From positions 57,737 through 77,736 of the forward strand of contig JYFJ02001510.1 of the NCBI GenBank assembly GCA_000934665.2: a DNA stretch of 20,000 nt. The letters run 5' to 3'. The translations under genes were made by a program, and so were the position numbers. The notes under the pieces are model-generated. The model ran no database searches. It saw nothing but the letters and a program-made list of their open reading frames with translations, and was not told where the DNA came from. Shown here piece by piece: positions 1 to 11,527 of this stretch (its first letter is position 1; each line of letters starts with the position of its first letter). The DNA comes from Catajapyx aquilonaris (lineage: Eukaryota).

Positions 1-366
1 CATTAAAAATTACCTGAAATATGTGGACTTATTGAGTATCTGATATGAAATATTTGAAAACTGCATTCCAGGTGAATTTCTGACTTGTGAGTTATCTTTA
101 AGAAGCTGTATTTATTAAAATAACAGATGTGCTAAATAAAATTTAATATGACAAAATAATTTGTCATTAAAATTAAGATATATTTATTGTTTATGCAATT
201 CCCAAGTTTGCAATTTTAAATTTCTACATTCAGTCAAATGCATGAGAGATTAAGAGGCTATACCACATGCATTAGAATTCAGCTCACATGCTGTCAGTAG
301 ATGTGTTTATGAACATTTGTAAGTCACATTGGCCCCCTGGTTAATTAATGTTTCTGTCTCCTCCAG

Positions 367-668
367 GCTGTGTGAATGTGATCTGTTCTGACAAGACTGG
401 CACTTTGACCCGAAATGAGATGACTGTGACATCAATCCTGACTTCAGATGGTCATTGGGCTGAGGTGACAGGTGCAGGGTACAGTGGGGAGGGTGCCATT
501 CACATCAGAAACATGAGCAAGGATGATGGGGATCCTAGCACTTATTCTGCCCGCGAAGCAGTGTACCGTCTGTTGGAGGCTGGCTGTGTGTGCAACAATG
601 CTGTCATCAATGGGGATAGCCTCAGAGGGCAGCCAACAGAAGGCGCTCTCTTGGCTGCTGCAATTAAG
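367..668 (+). CDS. ATP2C1: SPCA Ca2+/Mn2+-ATPase, internal exon with the phosphorylation motif (upstream exons lie outside the window)
   Basis: Acceptor tttctgtctcctccAG (AG 365-366); donor AAG|gtgagg. Encodes (G)[20 protein letters not shown]...GCVCNNA...[14 protein letters not shown] is the P-type ATPase phospho-Asp motif. Confidence 0.95.
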
Positions 669-697
669 GTGAGGGACTCCTCCAGTAGATATACATA

Positions 698-1170
698 CAG
701 GGTGCAGGAATTTAACATGCCTGCAGCCCCCACCCAACTCCTCTGATACGGTAGGGTACTTAGAACGTCTCCACAACTGGGATTTGGGGCTGCAGGCCCT
801 CCAGTGAGGCCCCAGACTCATTCGGGCGGGTGGCAGGCGAATCTGTGGAAGGAGGCTGAGGGCATGCTGCGCGATGCTGTGCAGTGTGTTGGGGAAAATA
901 AGCCTAGTGCTCTTGGCCTTGTTGAGGTTTTCTACCCATCCCACGAGAGCTCTGCAGTGGTTTGGATCTGGTTAGGATTCTGGTTCAGAAGGTTCAGAAG
1001 GCGACAAGGCGTTCACCTGAGGGAGTCGCGCCTCGCTGGAGCACTGGAAGTGTCAAATCCTTGGTCGGGGAGACTCTCTAAGTACCCCACCATCATCATA
1101 AAGCTAGGCTGGGAGTTAACGGGGGGCTGCATGCCTGTATCAATGAAAACTTTGCCACCACACACCTCAG
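698..1170. mobile_element. Degenerate MITE, probably Tc1/mariner-derived
   Basis: Starts TA|CAGGGTG. About 716-825 is an imperfect inverted repeat of about 1015-1137 (ggtagggtacttagaacgtctcc vs reverse complement ggtggggtacttagagagtctcc; ctccagtgaggc vs ctccagcgaggc). The right boundary is eroded and approximate. Confidence 0.6.
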
Positions 1171-1259
1171 ATACCTCACCTATTTTGACATACGCTGTAG
1201 TTATGTATGCCATTGGAAAGCCTGTTAGTGATTTTTCCAAATATTTGCTTACTGGTATC

Positions 1260-2883
1260 TATAGAGTGATTCACTTGCACACAACCCTGCTTTTGTGAAA
1301 TTTTTGGGGAGAATGTGAAGAGTAAAGCTGTATGTAGTGGGTATGTCGTGTGAAAGTACTGGCGGAACACGATTGGCAGCCGGCCAAAATCTTCCCTCCC
1401 AGAGAGACAGATTGAACTGGCTACACTGCGCTGGCCATGTCACAGCAGGAGGGCAGGGACGCGAAAAATTCAAACAGCCCAGGCGACTCCATGCTTAGGT
1501 AGAGGACACAAATTTGGAAATTGGAGACGGGAGAGAGGGTGGGGGGTCCGAGGCGTGGCTGGCGTTCAAGGAGTAAAATTAGAGATGGGACCACAGTCAT
1601 CCCGCAAGTGAAATTAACTGGAAAACTCGTGTCATGTCGCATTAACAGTTGCAGAGAAAACTGCATGCGATTATGCATGTTATCAAGGACATCATGGGCA
1701 TAGGTCACCCACACTCAAACAATCACTTCAGTTGTCGTCATGATATGATGATGTATTGTGATTTAATTAAATTCCTGCATTTAAGTGGTGAAACACTTTA
1801 TGGCCAACCTGCAGGAGGCATCACTTGGCCGACAATCTTGCCTTCACAAAAGCACATACACGTTTGCACGTATGAAAAAACTGACAATGCATGAACATAT
1901 CCGCACCACATTGGCACCCAACCTCAAGAAATCATGCAGCATCCCAAAACTATCAGTTTCACTATACCAGCACCAACATGACACTAATGAATAATCAATT
2001 GGAAGCATTACAACAAAACGACTGCTTCAATCACTCATTGCTTTACAGAACTGTATCACCAATACCCAGCTGTTCCCTTAACAACAAAAGACGTGATCCC
2101 CTCTTCAACAGAGACTATTTCTTCCACTACCGTGATGACCAAGGGGGAGCGTTATCTCACTTGCCTGTCAATGGCCACCCACTCATAGTCTGTAATACAT
2201 TGTTCCATGCACCATCCTCTTTGCATGAGACTACCTTCTCACCCCTCAACTGGCCTGAGACGCAGGACCTCGGTTGGTTGAATTTAGATTTGGAGGTGGC
2301 CCACTTCAAAGGTGCACGTGTAAATAATCACAATTTCCCACTTATAATTCAAGAATTTTATAGAATCACAATACATCATCATATCATGATGACAACTGAA
2401 GTGATTGTTTGAGTGTGGGTGACCTATGCCCATGATGTCCTTGATGACATGCATAATCACGTGCAGTTTTCACTGCAACTCTTAATGCGACATGACGCGA
2501 GTTTTCCAGTTAATTTCACTTGCGGGATGACTGTGGTCCCATCTCTAATTTCACTCCTTGAACCCCAGCCACGCCTCGGACCTCCCACCCCCTCTCCCGT
2601 CTCCAATTTCCAAATCTGTGTCCTCTACCTAAGCATGGAGTCGCCTGGACTGTTTGAATTTTTCGCGTCCCTGCCCTCCTGCTGTGACGTGGTCAGCGCA
2701 GTGCAGTGTAGCCAGCTCATCCTGTCTCCCCGGGAGGGAAGATTTTGGCTGACTGCCAATCGTGCGGCGCCAGTACTTTCGCACCAACACTACATTCGCA
2801 CGACAGATATAATTATTAACTCATGAAAGCATGGGGATAAAAGCTACTAACAATCCCTAAGGCAACAAGTGAATCACATCATA
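1260..2883. mobile_element. Old small MITE split by the long inverted-repeat element
   Basis: Perfect 12-bp inverted pair gtgattcacttg (1266-1277) / caagtgaatcac (2866-2877), each with a TA-like outer end (tatagagtg.. / ..cacatcata). The pair brackets the element at 1344-2805. Confidence 0.45.
1344..2805. mobile_element. Foldback-like element with ~450-bp inverted arms (about 1344-1793 and 2334-2805) and a ~540-bp spacer
   Basis: The arms are near-identical reverse complements, and ORFs 1421..1714(-) and 2413..2826(+) translate almost identically. Probable termini are TGTCGTG...CACGACA with flanks GGTA/GATA. No recognisable transposase. Confidence 0.85.
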
Positions 2884-3021
2884 TCACTGATGCATTTGCA
2901 GGTGATGTGACAGGTGCAAGTGGAAATGTGCCCATGTAACTTCTTTCATTATGGTTTATGTAGTTTTACTGATATGCAAAGAAAGAAAGGGACTTTGATA
3001 TGTTGCAATATCTTATTCCAG

Positions 3022-3126
3022 CATGATATGTATGGGATTCGTGACAGATACGTACGTCTGCAAGAGTTTCCATTTAGTTCAGAGCAGAAGATCATGGCAG
3101 TGAAGTGTGTTGCCAGAAATGGTCCG
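3022..3126 (+). CDS. ATP2C1: SPCA exon, N domain
   Basis: ttattccAG|CAT ... CCG|gtgagt, 105 nt, phase 0/0. Encodes HDMYGIRDRYVRLQEFPFSSEQKIMAVKCVARNGP, containing the PFSSEQKxMAV motif. Confidence 0.93.
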
Positions 3127-3373
3127 GTGAGTTGCAATTTCATCACTATTCAACATATATTAGTAGAATAGAAATTGGTGAAGCTAAAAAAGCTCATGAT
3201 TTCACTAGCCATTTGTGAAAACCTTTACTATAAGAACATGAATAACTTGTAAGAATTAAGAGCTTTAATTTAGTAAAATGTTCCGTTGTGGCTTCTGAAA
3301 ATAACTTGCTTCTTTTCTCATATTTTTCAATGTTGTTGCATTAATATTGACATTGATTGGTCTTGGTGTCCAG

Positions 3374-3701
3374 GGAAAAGAAGAAGTATTCTTTGTGAAA
3401 GGTGCCCCAGACCGAGTGCTAGGGCAATGTGTCACTTATGAGAAGAATGGACAGCCTGTAGCCATGGATCGAAAGAAGGAAGAGGAGTTCTTGGCCAAAA
3501 CATATGAGCTTGGGAGGCAGGGACTCAGAGTTGTGGCACTTGCACGTGGTCCTAGCCTACAGGAACTTGCTTTCCTTGGCGTGGCAGCCATGCATGATGC
3601 CTTGAGGCCAGATGCTCGTGAATGCATTCTCACACTGCAGGAGGGAGGGGTCAGTGTGAAAGTCCTCACTGGAGACATGCAGGAGACAGCATGTGCCATT
3701 G
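3374..3701 (+). CDS. ATP2C1: SPCA exon, N/P domain
   Basis: gtccAG|GGA ... ATT G|gtgagt. Encodes GKEEVFFVKGAPDRVL...GLRVVALA...DALR...VKVLTGD..ETACAI, with the KGAP and TGD motifs. Confidence 0.94.
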
Positions 3702-3931
3702 GTGAGTTTTGACGGCTATTCATGTGAGGAGAAACTAGTGGTTGAGTAGAAGTTGGGTTGGAGGTGCATATTGTATTGAGATGATACCGAGATATCAGCT
3801 ATTATTGGTTCAAAATGTTACCTTTTGTGACATCCTCTCTAGGGGGTGCAATTGTGTGTGTTATTTTTCTAATCCTCGTACCACAATTCCATCATACAAG
3901 TTTTATAATTATTACCGCAGTAAAACTATTA

Positions 3932-4077
3932 AGGCCAAAACACAAAGATTTTGCGGAAGCGTCAAGCGGCAAACGCCTGTCCCGCCAATTATTATTTATT
4001 ATTGGCAATAATATGCCTGCGACAAATATGCCGCAACGCGCGCCGTTTTCCGCGCTTTTTTTTTTGTGAAATGGCCT
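3932..4077. mobile_element. PIF/Harbinger-like (Tourist-type) MITE
   Basis: TTA|AGGCCAaaaCACAAA ... TTTGTGaaaTGGCCT|TTA: 3-bp TTA duplication, imperfect TIRs, and internal symmetry (gcggaa/ttccgc, gcggca/tgccgc). CpG-rich inside a CpG-poor intron. Confidence 0.7.
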
Positions 4078-4393
4078 TTATTGGTACAGTAACAATAAGC
4101 AGTACCATAAGGCTTGGTTACACCATTGCTGATACAGCCTCAAACCTGGGCTTGCTAACTGTTAAATTGTCAGCAACAGTAAACCGAAAGATGACAGTAC
4201 GTTTGTTATAGAGCATCATGCCAGTTGGGGTTACCAGAGGCCAATACATCTGGGGGTACCTGTTAGACTGGTATTAAGTAGGGTTGTTTTTCTCAAGCTG
4301 TGCCACCCTAACTTTTAGAATTTTTATGGGGCATTTTATTGCCTGGGAGTGTTCCAAATGTCCCCACACCCGTGAAGGCCAGTCTACCATTTG

Positions 4394-4639
4394 AGGGGCA
4401 GTTGCCAATTCACATGGAAATATGGCCTTAGAATACACTGTAGGTGTAGGTCAATATAAATGTGTAAGGGATTGAATGGAAAATCCTGGTTTTTCTCAGG
4501 CTATGGGTGAGATTCTGGGCATTTGCACTTATGCACGATTGTAGAAAATGTGCTCCCATTCAACGATTTCTGTTCATCCCAGATTTTGTGCTGACAACTT
4601 CTTGAATTGCCCTTAATTTGTGACCTTGCAACTGCCCCT
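4394..4639. mobile_element. Degenerate MITE with 12-bp TIRs (possibly TTAA-target, Kolobok-like)
   Basis: AGGGGCAGTTGC (4394-4405) / GCAACTGCCCCT (4628-4639). The flanks ttga and ttat resemble an eroded TTAA. Confidence 0.45.
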
Positions 4640-5598
4640 TATTGCCATGCGTATCTTTTAAGTAGTTAAAATACCTACAAATCCTACTGCAGCTTAGCCA
4701 CCAGATGGAAATATTCAAACATTTGGTCACCTCAATTTTACTTATATGCTGCTCTAAATGTGAAAATATGGTAAGCCTAATAACAGTGACAAACCCAGGT
4801 TTTAGTGTACCCCTGCAATGGTTAAATTCAACCTAAAGCTTTATAGAAGGAGCAGAAAGGTCCCTTCTGACCCCCCTGTTCTTCCCAAATGTTATCAAAA
4901 TAGTCATGTCTTCTTATTTTCACTTCCTGTTTCCCTCCCCTCCTTTTCTCCTGCTGCTAGATGAAATAAAATTACTGTTGCTGGGAAACAAACTACTCCT
5001 GCAAGATGCTGGGCCGATTAGTGTAAAATGTTAAAATTGTTATAAATGAATCGGATGTGCATGGCTAACCCTCACAGCAACCCAGTGCTCATGGCACTTG
5101 GCGCAACTTTTCTTCCAATGGGGTCTCCTGGCAGTATGCAATGTTGGGTGGAGATCGATTATACTGTACCTTTAGATATGACGATACAATCGGCACTACT
5201 TATCTAGCTGTGCCACACTCCTCAACTAGCTGTAAAAATAGGATAAGTCATCTTAATGTGGGGTTGCTGTACACTTGTTATTGTGAGAGTATTATATTTG
5301 TAAACATTTTGATTTAAATACTAGTTCACACAAGACACATTTTTGAGAGAATTCAAATTGTGGTATAGGTCAACTAAGGAGTCAGAAATGTATTGGTTTT
5401 ACTCGTGTACTGTACTTATTTTAGCTGAAGAATAATAATACAACACTCAAGTCTTAATATTGTGCTCATGAAAGCGATTAGGTTGTTTTGTTACTTGGTT
5501 ATTCCGTGATTCATTTCGTGGATTTAAAGCATTAGTTCATCTTGTGAGGATTCATCAAAAATGGCACATGATATGACTTTGCAATTATCCTATTTCAG

Positions 5599-6100
5599 CA
5601 TCCCTCCTTGGCTTGGAGGTGAGTCCTCGCACTGCCCTATCTGGAGACCATCTGGACTCCTTGGACGACTCGCAACTGTCTTCAGCAGTCCCAATAGCCA
5701 CAGTGTTTTATCGGGTTAGTCCTCGCCACAAGCTGAGGATAGTGAAGGCACTTCAAGCATCAGGGAAAGTGGTTGGAATGACAGGGGATGGGGTTAATGA
5801 TGGGGTGGCCCTTAGGAAAGCAGACATTGGAATTGCCATGGGGAAGAATGGGACAGACGTGTGCAAAGAGGCTGCTGACATGATCCTGGTGGACGACGAC
5901 TTCAGGACAATCTTGGCTGCTGTGGAGGAAGGAAAGGGGATCTTCCACAATATACGAAACTTTGTTCGCTTCCAGCTCTCCACCAGCATATCTGCCCTCT
6001 CCCTTATTGCTGTCTCTACCATGGCTGGAGTGCCCAACCCACTTAATGCCATGCAGATTCTCTGGATCAATATCCTCATGGATGGACCCCCTGCTCAGAG
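5599..6100 (+). CDS. ATP2C1: SPCA exon, P domain plus M5-M6
   Basis: tatttcAG|CA (phase 1, matching the previous exon) ... CAG AG|gtaaga. Encodes [37 protein letters not shown] and the SPCA/PMR1-type M6 [22 protein letters not shown]. Confidence 0.97.
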
Positions 6101-6604
6101 GTAAGAGATACTCACTGTAAATTTTGGAATTGTGGACTCAGGAAAGTAAACTCCAAAGTAGGGATTTGTTCAGTTGGTGTCAGTTGACTTGGGAAACAAG
6201 CTCATTGACCTAATATGAGAGTGGTCATCATATGGCAGATAGTGAGCAGTTAAAGATGAGATAGCTTCATGTCTAAAGAAAAAGGGTTACCTTTTTAAAG
6301 AAGAGAAGGAATAGGAGAACCCGAATCGTCTCTCCTTTCCTGGGAAATACCGAAAACCTTCCGTATGTACAATTGATCCATTCAGTGAGATCACCTTAGA
6401 GTCACAGATCTAGGAAGCAAGGCAATCAAAAGATTTTTTTTTTTTTTTTTGGAATAGTTGTGATCTGTGTAGTAATGGAAATCATTCAGTAAATATAACT
6501 CGAGAGATATTTATTTCCAAGTCCCATTGGTGTGTGTGTATCTATTGTCAATTTTGGCATACATAGGTGTAAAAAAATGTTCTTCCTGGTCTTCTCCCCA
6601 CCAG

Positions 6605-6848
6605 TCTTGGTGTAGAACCAGTAGACCCTGATATAGTTCGGCAGCCACCACGTAACGTTCAGGAGCCAATGGTGACCCGCACCCTCATCTTCAATGTGGT
6701 GCTGTCTGCTGCCATCATAATCTCCGGTACCCTGTGGGTGTTCCAGAGGGAAATGAGTGACAATGTCATCACGCCCAGAGACACTACTATGACCTTCACC
6801 TGCTTTGTCTTCTTCGGGATGTTCAATGCTCTCAGCTGCAGATCTCAA
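6605..6848 (+). CDS. ATP2C1: SPCA exon, M7-M8
   Basis: ctccccaccAG|T (phase 2, completing Ser) ... CAA|gtaagc. Encodes SLGVEPVDPDIVRQPPRNV...TPRDTTMTFTCFVFFGMFNALSCRSQ. Confidence 0.95.
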
Positions 6849-7287
6849 GTAAGCTGGATAGTTTCATTTAAAAATCACACACTATTGTGTAACAATGAAA
6901 ATTATGTGGCAAAATTATGAACAGGCAGAGTGGAAAAAATGCCCACCAAAACGAGCATTACATTACCAAAAGTACTAGTTTACTTTTATCTTGTGTTGCT
7001 TAGTGGGGTTATGTTTTTGTTACGACATTTTGTTCCACTCTCCTCTGTGTTGCTGTTCTACAGGTTGATTGAACAGATATGTCTCTGAGGCACTGTAGGT
7101 GTTGGTGTTGAGAATTCACTTGCCGTCACCTGCAACATCTGTGATACATTTGATCAATCCGCCTGTACATTTTTATGAGGGTTCAATATACTGTACCTGC
7201 AACTTCACTAGACAGTTTGATGGTAATATTCAGATCATTTAGTTAGCATCCTTTAAGCACATCTTCTTCTTCACCTGTGTCTTCCAG

Positions 7288-7560
7288 AGCAAGTCAATCT
7301 TTTCTATAGGCCTGTTCAGCAACAAAGCGTTCCTCTGTGCTGTGACGGGGTCAGTTCTGGGCCAGATGGGAGTGGTTTACCTCCCACCACTGCAGCGTGT
7401 GTTTCAAACTGAGGCCCTCACAGCAGTGGACCTTCTGTTCCTCGCATCACTGGCTTCTAGTGTGTTTATCATCTCCGAACTTAAGAAGCTTGCCGAAAGC
7501 AGGCTCAGGGACAGGAGACGCACGAGATCAAAGTTGACAAAAGATATGGACTACGTTTGA
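7288..7560 (+). CDS. ATP2C1: SPCA terminal coding exon, M9-M10 and C-tail
   Basis: gtcttccAG|AGC, phase 0. Encodes SKSIFSIGLFSNKAFLCAVTGSVLGQMGVVYLPPLQRVFQTEAL...KDMDYV, with TGA at 7558-7560. Confidence 0.94.
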   Translation, partial: SKSIFSIGLFSNKAFLCAVTGSVLGQMGVVYLPPLQRVFQTEALTAVDLLFLASLASSVFIISELKKLAESRLRDRRRTRSKLTKDMDYV

Positions 7561-9369
7561 CACCTCATTCCCTCACCCTCTGCCCTTTTATTTAATTGCC
7601 CTTGGAGAGAGTGCAGCAGATTTGTCGTCGTCCCACCCTTTCTCTGGCCTGTACTTCTCTACTCATCTTGCACAGTTCCTCAAGCCATGTCACGTGTGTT
7701 GCACGACTTGCTGAATCGATGGAAGAAACAATGCCTGATGCAGCTTTTTTATCAGTGTGTTTAAAGAAAGTGGAATCCCGGTGTGTGTGTGTGAGAAAGG
7801 ACTGAAGTCGAACGGCATTCATTTTTATGCGAGACAGTATTACGTGTCTGGAAACGGTGTTGTTGGCTTGTTGCGCATAATATTTTTGTGTTCCTGTTGT
7901 GTGTAAGAAAGAAGAGAGGCATGTTTCCATTAAGAAATTAATGATGCACTTATGGCCCCTGTTCTTTTATTATTTCATTGCGGCTGCTGTTAAAGTGTCT
8001 CATATCTGGAGTGGGCAACAACTGCTGGCTCTATAATGTAAAGAGTGATTTACTTTTTTACATACATGATTATAAAATGATGTCTAGTCTGGAATATTTC
8101 TTACGATCCCATGATTTCAGCCGGGTTTGCAACTATGTGTACAAAGTGTTTAGGCTTTCACCCAGTGCCTGCTGTTCGTGGCTGTTGCTCAAAATTTCGG
8201 ACGTAAGTACGACGATCGCGACCTTCGCCGTCCTATATTTTGTAAAGTGGCGATGTTAGAACCCCCCCTCCTAGATTCCACCTGACAAAATCCGTGATTG
8301 ATCAAACGGGCGAGGATCGGGAAATGACGTCACTTGCCCACGTCATTTGTGGCCTCCTTTCCAGATCGAGCATCAAATACTCCCTCCAAATTTACATGGC
8401 AATACCTCATGCCCTCTGACTCAAAAGAGAAATTCCAAGCAAAGCGGTCTAATAAAATATGCCACTTTTGCCTTCTTCTTTTTTTTTCAATTATGTGTTC
8501 TAGACGGCGGCGAACTTACTACTTGGTCAACATGCCTGAATCTTTAATTACAGTTGACAGTATCGGCTTCCGATTTATCGACAGGTGTCGCGTTATAGGA
8601 AGGACCACAATGGGCCGGTGTGAATTGGTGCCCCTGCTTGTCTAATGAATTTCGGCGATATTGGGAAGCCGGTTCAAGATGAGGGTGTCAGCCTTTTGGG
8701 AGATGCAGGCTTTCAATTCAATGGTGGATTAGATGTGATAGGCGATGTCAACCCCATTCGCGACGTATAATGTGACATTATGAGCTACGATGTGTTATTT
8801 GCATATTCATGTAAAATTGCGTGGAAATTAGTGGAAGTTGCGCGATGTTTTGTGTGGAGGGGAGAAAAAAAAATCGTGTAATGGTACAGTACGTGCATGT
8901 ACTATCGGCACGTTTGGTATGATGGCACATGTCTACATCTAGGGAGGGCGAAATTAACTGACAAAAAGCATAAGCTCGAACCAAATTCATCTAGGGTACA
9001 ATTTACTAGAAAAAAAATTGGGTGGGAGTTGGATGCAATAACTTAATTCGGCTACTTTTATCCCTCTCCGTCCCGCTGTACTACTAATGGCATAGTAATG
9101 CTATTAGTAATTAGAGCCTTGACAGTTAATTTGAGCCGTGGTGGAAACTTGACGTCTAACAGAATAATGGCCAAAGTACATAGTGTACGATAGTCGTGAC
9201 ATTTAAAATTTTATGCAGTATATCGGTACGCTTGTTGGTGGTTGAGGTTCGTGTGTCCAATGCTGCTTCACATGTTAGTATGTGGTACAGTACAAGTTAG
9301 TGCCAATGGATAAAAGAGGACCGGTAAAAAAATTCAAGAGTCAGATAAATGGTTGAATATTTTCACACG

Positions 9370-9375
9370 TTTATT
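9370..9375 (-). promoter_or_regulatory. Candidate distal poly(A) signal for alpha-catulin
   Basis: tttatt on + is AATAAA on -. It is followed on - by a U-rich tract (ctcttgaatttttttt). Confidence 0.3.
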
Positions 9376-9650
9376 CCACGAGCTGAGCGATACGTACACG
9401 AGAACGATAGGCGTCCTTGGCGTCGGCGTGTAAACCGTCGCCGCCGCCTTTCTTCGTATAGGTTCAGTCCGCCTCCCAAAACCCCGTGATTTATTGACAT
9501 TTTTTTTCCTCCTTTTTTTCATATATACTTTTTGGAAGGGTCGAGTGATTGAGGTAGTTGGGTGATTTTGGGGCCAAGGGTTAAACATGGTGAATGGTGG
9601 GGTGTTAACAACAACAGCAACAGCAACATCAACATCAACAGAAATCATAC

Positions 9651-9662
9651 AATAATAATAAT

Positions 9663-9708
<46 letters not shown>

Positions 9709-9739
9709 CGATATGGTTGGCTATAAGGGGNATAATAAT

Positions 9740-9779
<40 letters not shown>

Positions 9780-9801
9780 CGATATGGTTGGCTATAAGGG
9801 G
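9651..9801. repeat. (AAT)n microsatellite, present twice around a single N
   Basis: (AAT)n + cgatatggttggctataagggg at 9651-9730 and again at 9732-9801; N at 9731. Confidence 0.95.
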
Positions 9802-10968
9802 AAGGGGTGGGGAGGGGGGTCCTGAGCAACTACAGGGAGGGGAGGGGGCGGACTGAAGTTTACTTGAACACTGCTTCGCAAGGCGCACCTGGGAGACTTT
9901 ATGCGCAATATGCCTTGGTTTCTTTTCTCTCTCTCTTTTTTTTTTTACTCATCTTTGTAAAGATTTATATATAAGGCTCGTTGGTGGCGTCCTTTTTTTT
10001 GGCGAATGGAAGTCCAGCGGGAGTTTATGCATTGTATGCACGTTATGCAAAAAACACAAAATGAAAAAATTTTCCAACTCAATAAAAAACTGCGCCTTGA
10101 AACCGTGCGAGTACAGGCGCTTTGTTCACATTGCATGCGTGTATAAACAACATCTGTATTAGCTTCGCGTCATAGGCCATTTTTTGCATTTTTCTCTTCT
10201 TTTTTTTAAAAGGAATTCTGCCTGTTTTACATTTTTTTAAGAGACCATTCCAGGCTCCCGAGATTCTTTAATCCTCATGTAGGATTCAACGCCATGTGAA
10301 GGCGTTTGTCGTATTATACTATGGAGGCGAAACGGGTTCAGGGATGGGACCAACGGAATGGAACAGTGTACATGTAGAAGTCGATATGTTACGACGTGGC
10401 TTCTCATACGTTTTGGTACCAGTTTGATGGATACGCGTATACAAATACGCGTAACCATCAGGGATGGCACTACAACTTGGTAACTTTAACTTGGCCATCG
10501 CTATATGTGTTCTCTAGGTTATAGCCTTCGACCTTTTCGACCTGCTCCTATAGTTTGTCCGGAAATAATGACGTGACACTTAATCGATGCTATTATTAAT
10601 GACGTAAATTACTGGTAATGATGTCTATAAAGGCCTCTGATATTAATTTACAGGATGATTGTCAACGGTTTCAGGCCATCAACCAGTGTTCCTAACAGTG
10701 TAGTTGGCCCAACATAAATTTCCAAAAGGCGGGGGGACTAGTTGGCGGTCTCTGCCGTGCCATACACACTTGTTAGGAAGCATACGTTAATTCTCATTTG
10801 GCACATTTTTTTTCTCTCTCTCTTTTTCAAAAACCTCCTGTGACACTAAGCTGCTCAAATTAGTCTATAGTGCAAAAGTTGAGTCCTGAGCGCGAACACA
10901 AACCGTGCGCGGCTAATAGGCTTAATAAGCAAGTGCTTCATTGTATACCACTGTCAACTATAGTCCAA

Positions 10969-10980
10969 TTTATTTTTATT
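10969..10980 (-). promoter_or_regulatory. Candidate proximal poly(A) signals for alpha-catulin
   Basis: Two adjacent tttatt give tandem AATAAA on -, about 550 nt after the stop codon at 11528. Confidence 0.35.
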
Positions 10981-11527
10981 CAGTTTACTAGCGTGCCGTA
11001 ATCCTGCGCCGGATTTGTCTCTTACACATGCTAACCTTATACGCTTCGATACTACAGTCGGCTAGTTTCATGTCTGCGGCCCTTTTATCCCCCAGCCCAA
11101 AAACCGCATGAGAAGTCCACGTTTTAGCACGGAAAGGTTGAGTTAAACTCATAATTAGCGATATGTGTGCTAATGCCAAGCGAGCGAATCAACGTAAATT
11201 TTCAGAATGTTCGGTTGATCGTGATTGGCCAGTACGGGCGTTCAGACGGGATACGTTACGACCGTAACGCCTCTTGTGTGAACGCACACCTGATGTCCAG
11301 TATATGCAAAAGTGCACAACGACAAACCGAACCGTCCGCCTCAAAAATGAACAAGTGCTTAAGAAGCACATAAGTCAGTAAGTAGTTCCAGGTGCAAGGT
11401 CCAAGGTATAGGTATAGATAGAGTTTGGGATAGTTTTTTCCATATATTTTTTTCTCTCTTAGAAGAGAAGGAAGGAGACTCGGGTCCGCCGGCCATCGCC
11501 TTTCGACCGGCGGCCCATCCCATATTG

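Noticed and set aside
1891..2412. 173-aa ORF in the inverted-repeat spacer
   Set aside because: I recognise no motif and it runs into the right arm. It cannot be supported without a profile search.
1421..2826. Two near-identical ORFs (1421..1714 - and 2413..2826 +) resembling a duplicated small gene
   Set aside because: They are the two arms of the inverted repeat, have non-ATG starts, and one has a stop where the other reads on. There is no recognisable domain.
9651..9801. Apparent tandem duplication of an (AAT)n block plus a 22-bp unique tail
   Set aside because: The two copies are separated by exactly one N, which is typical of an unmerged contig overlap. It is probably an assembly artefact.
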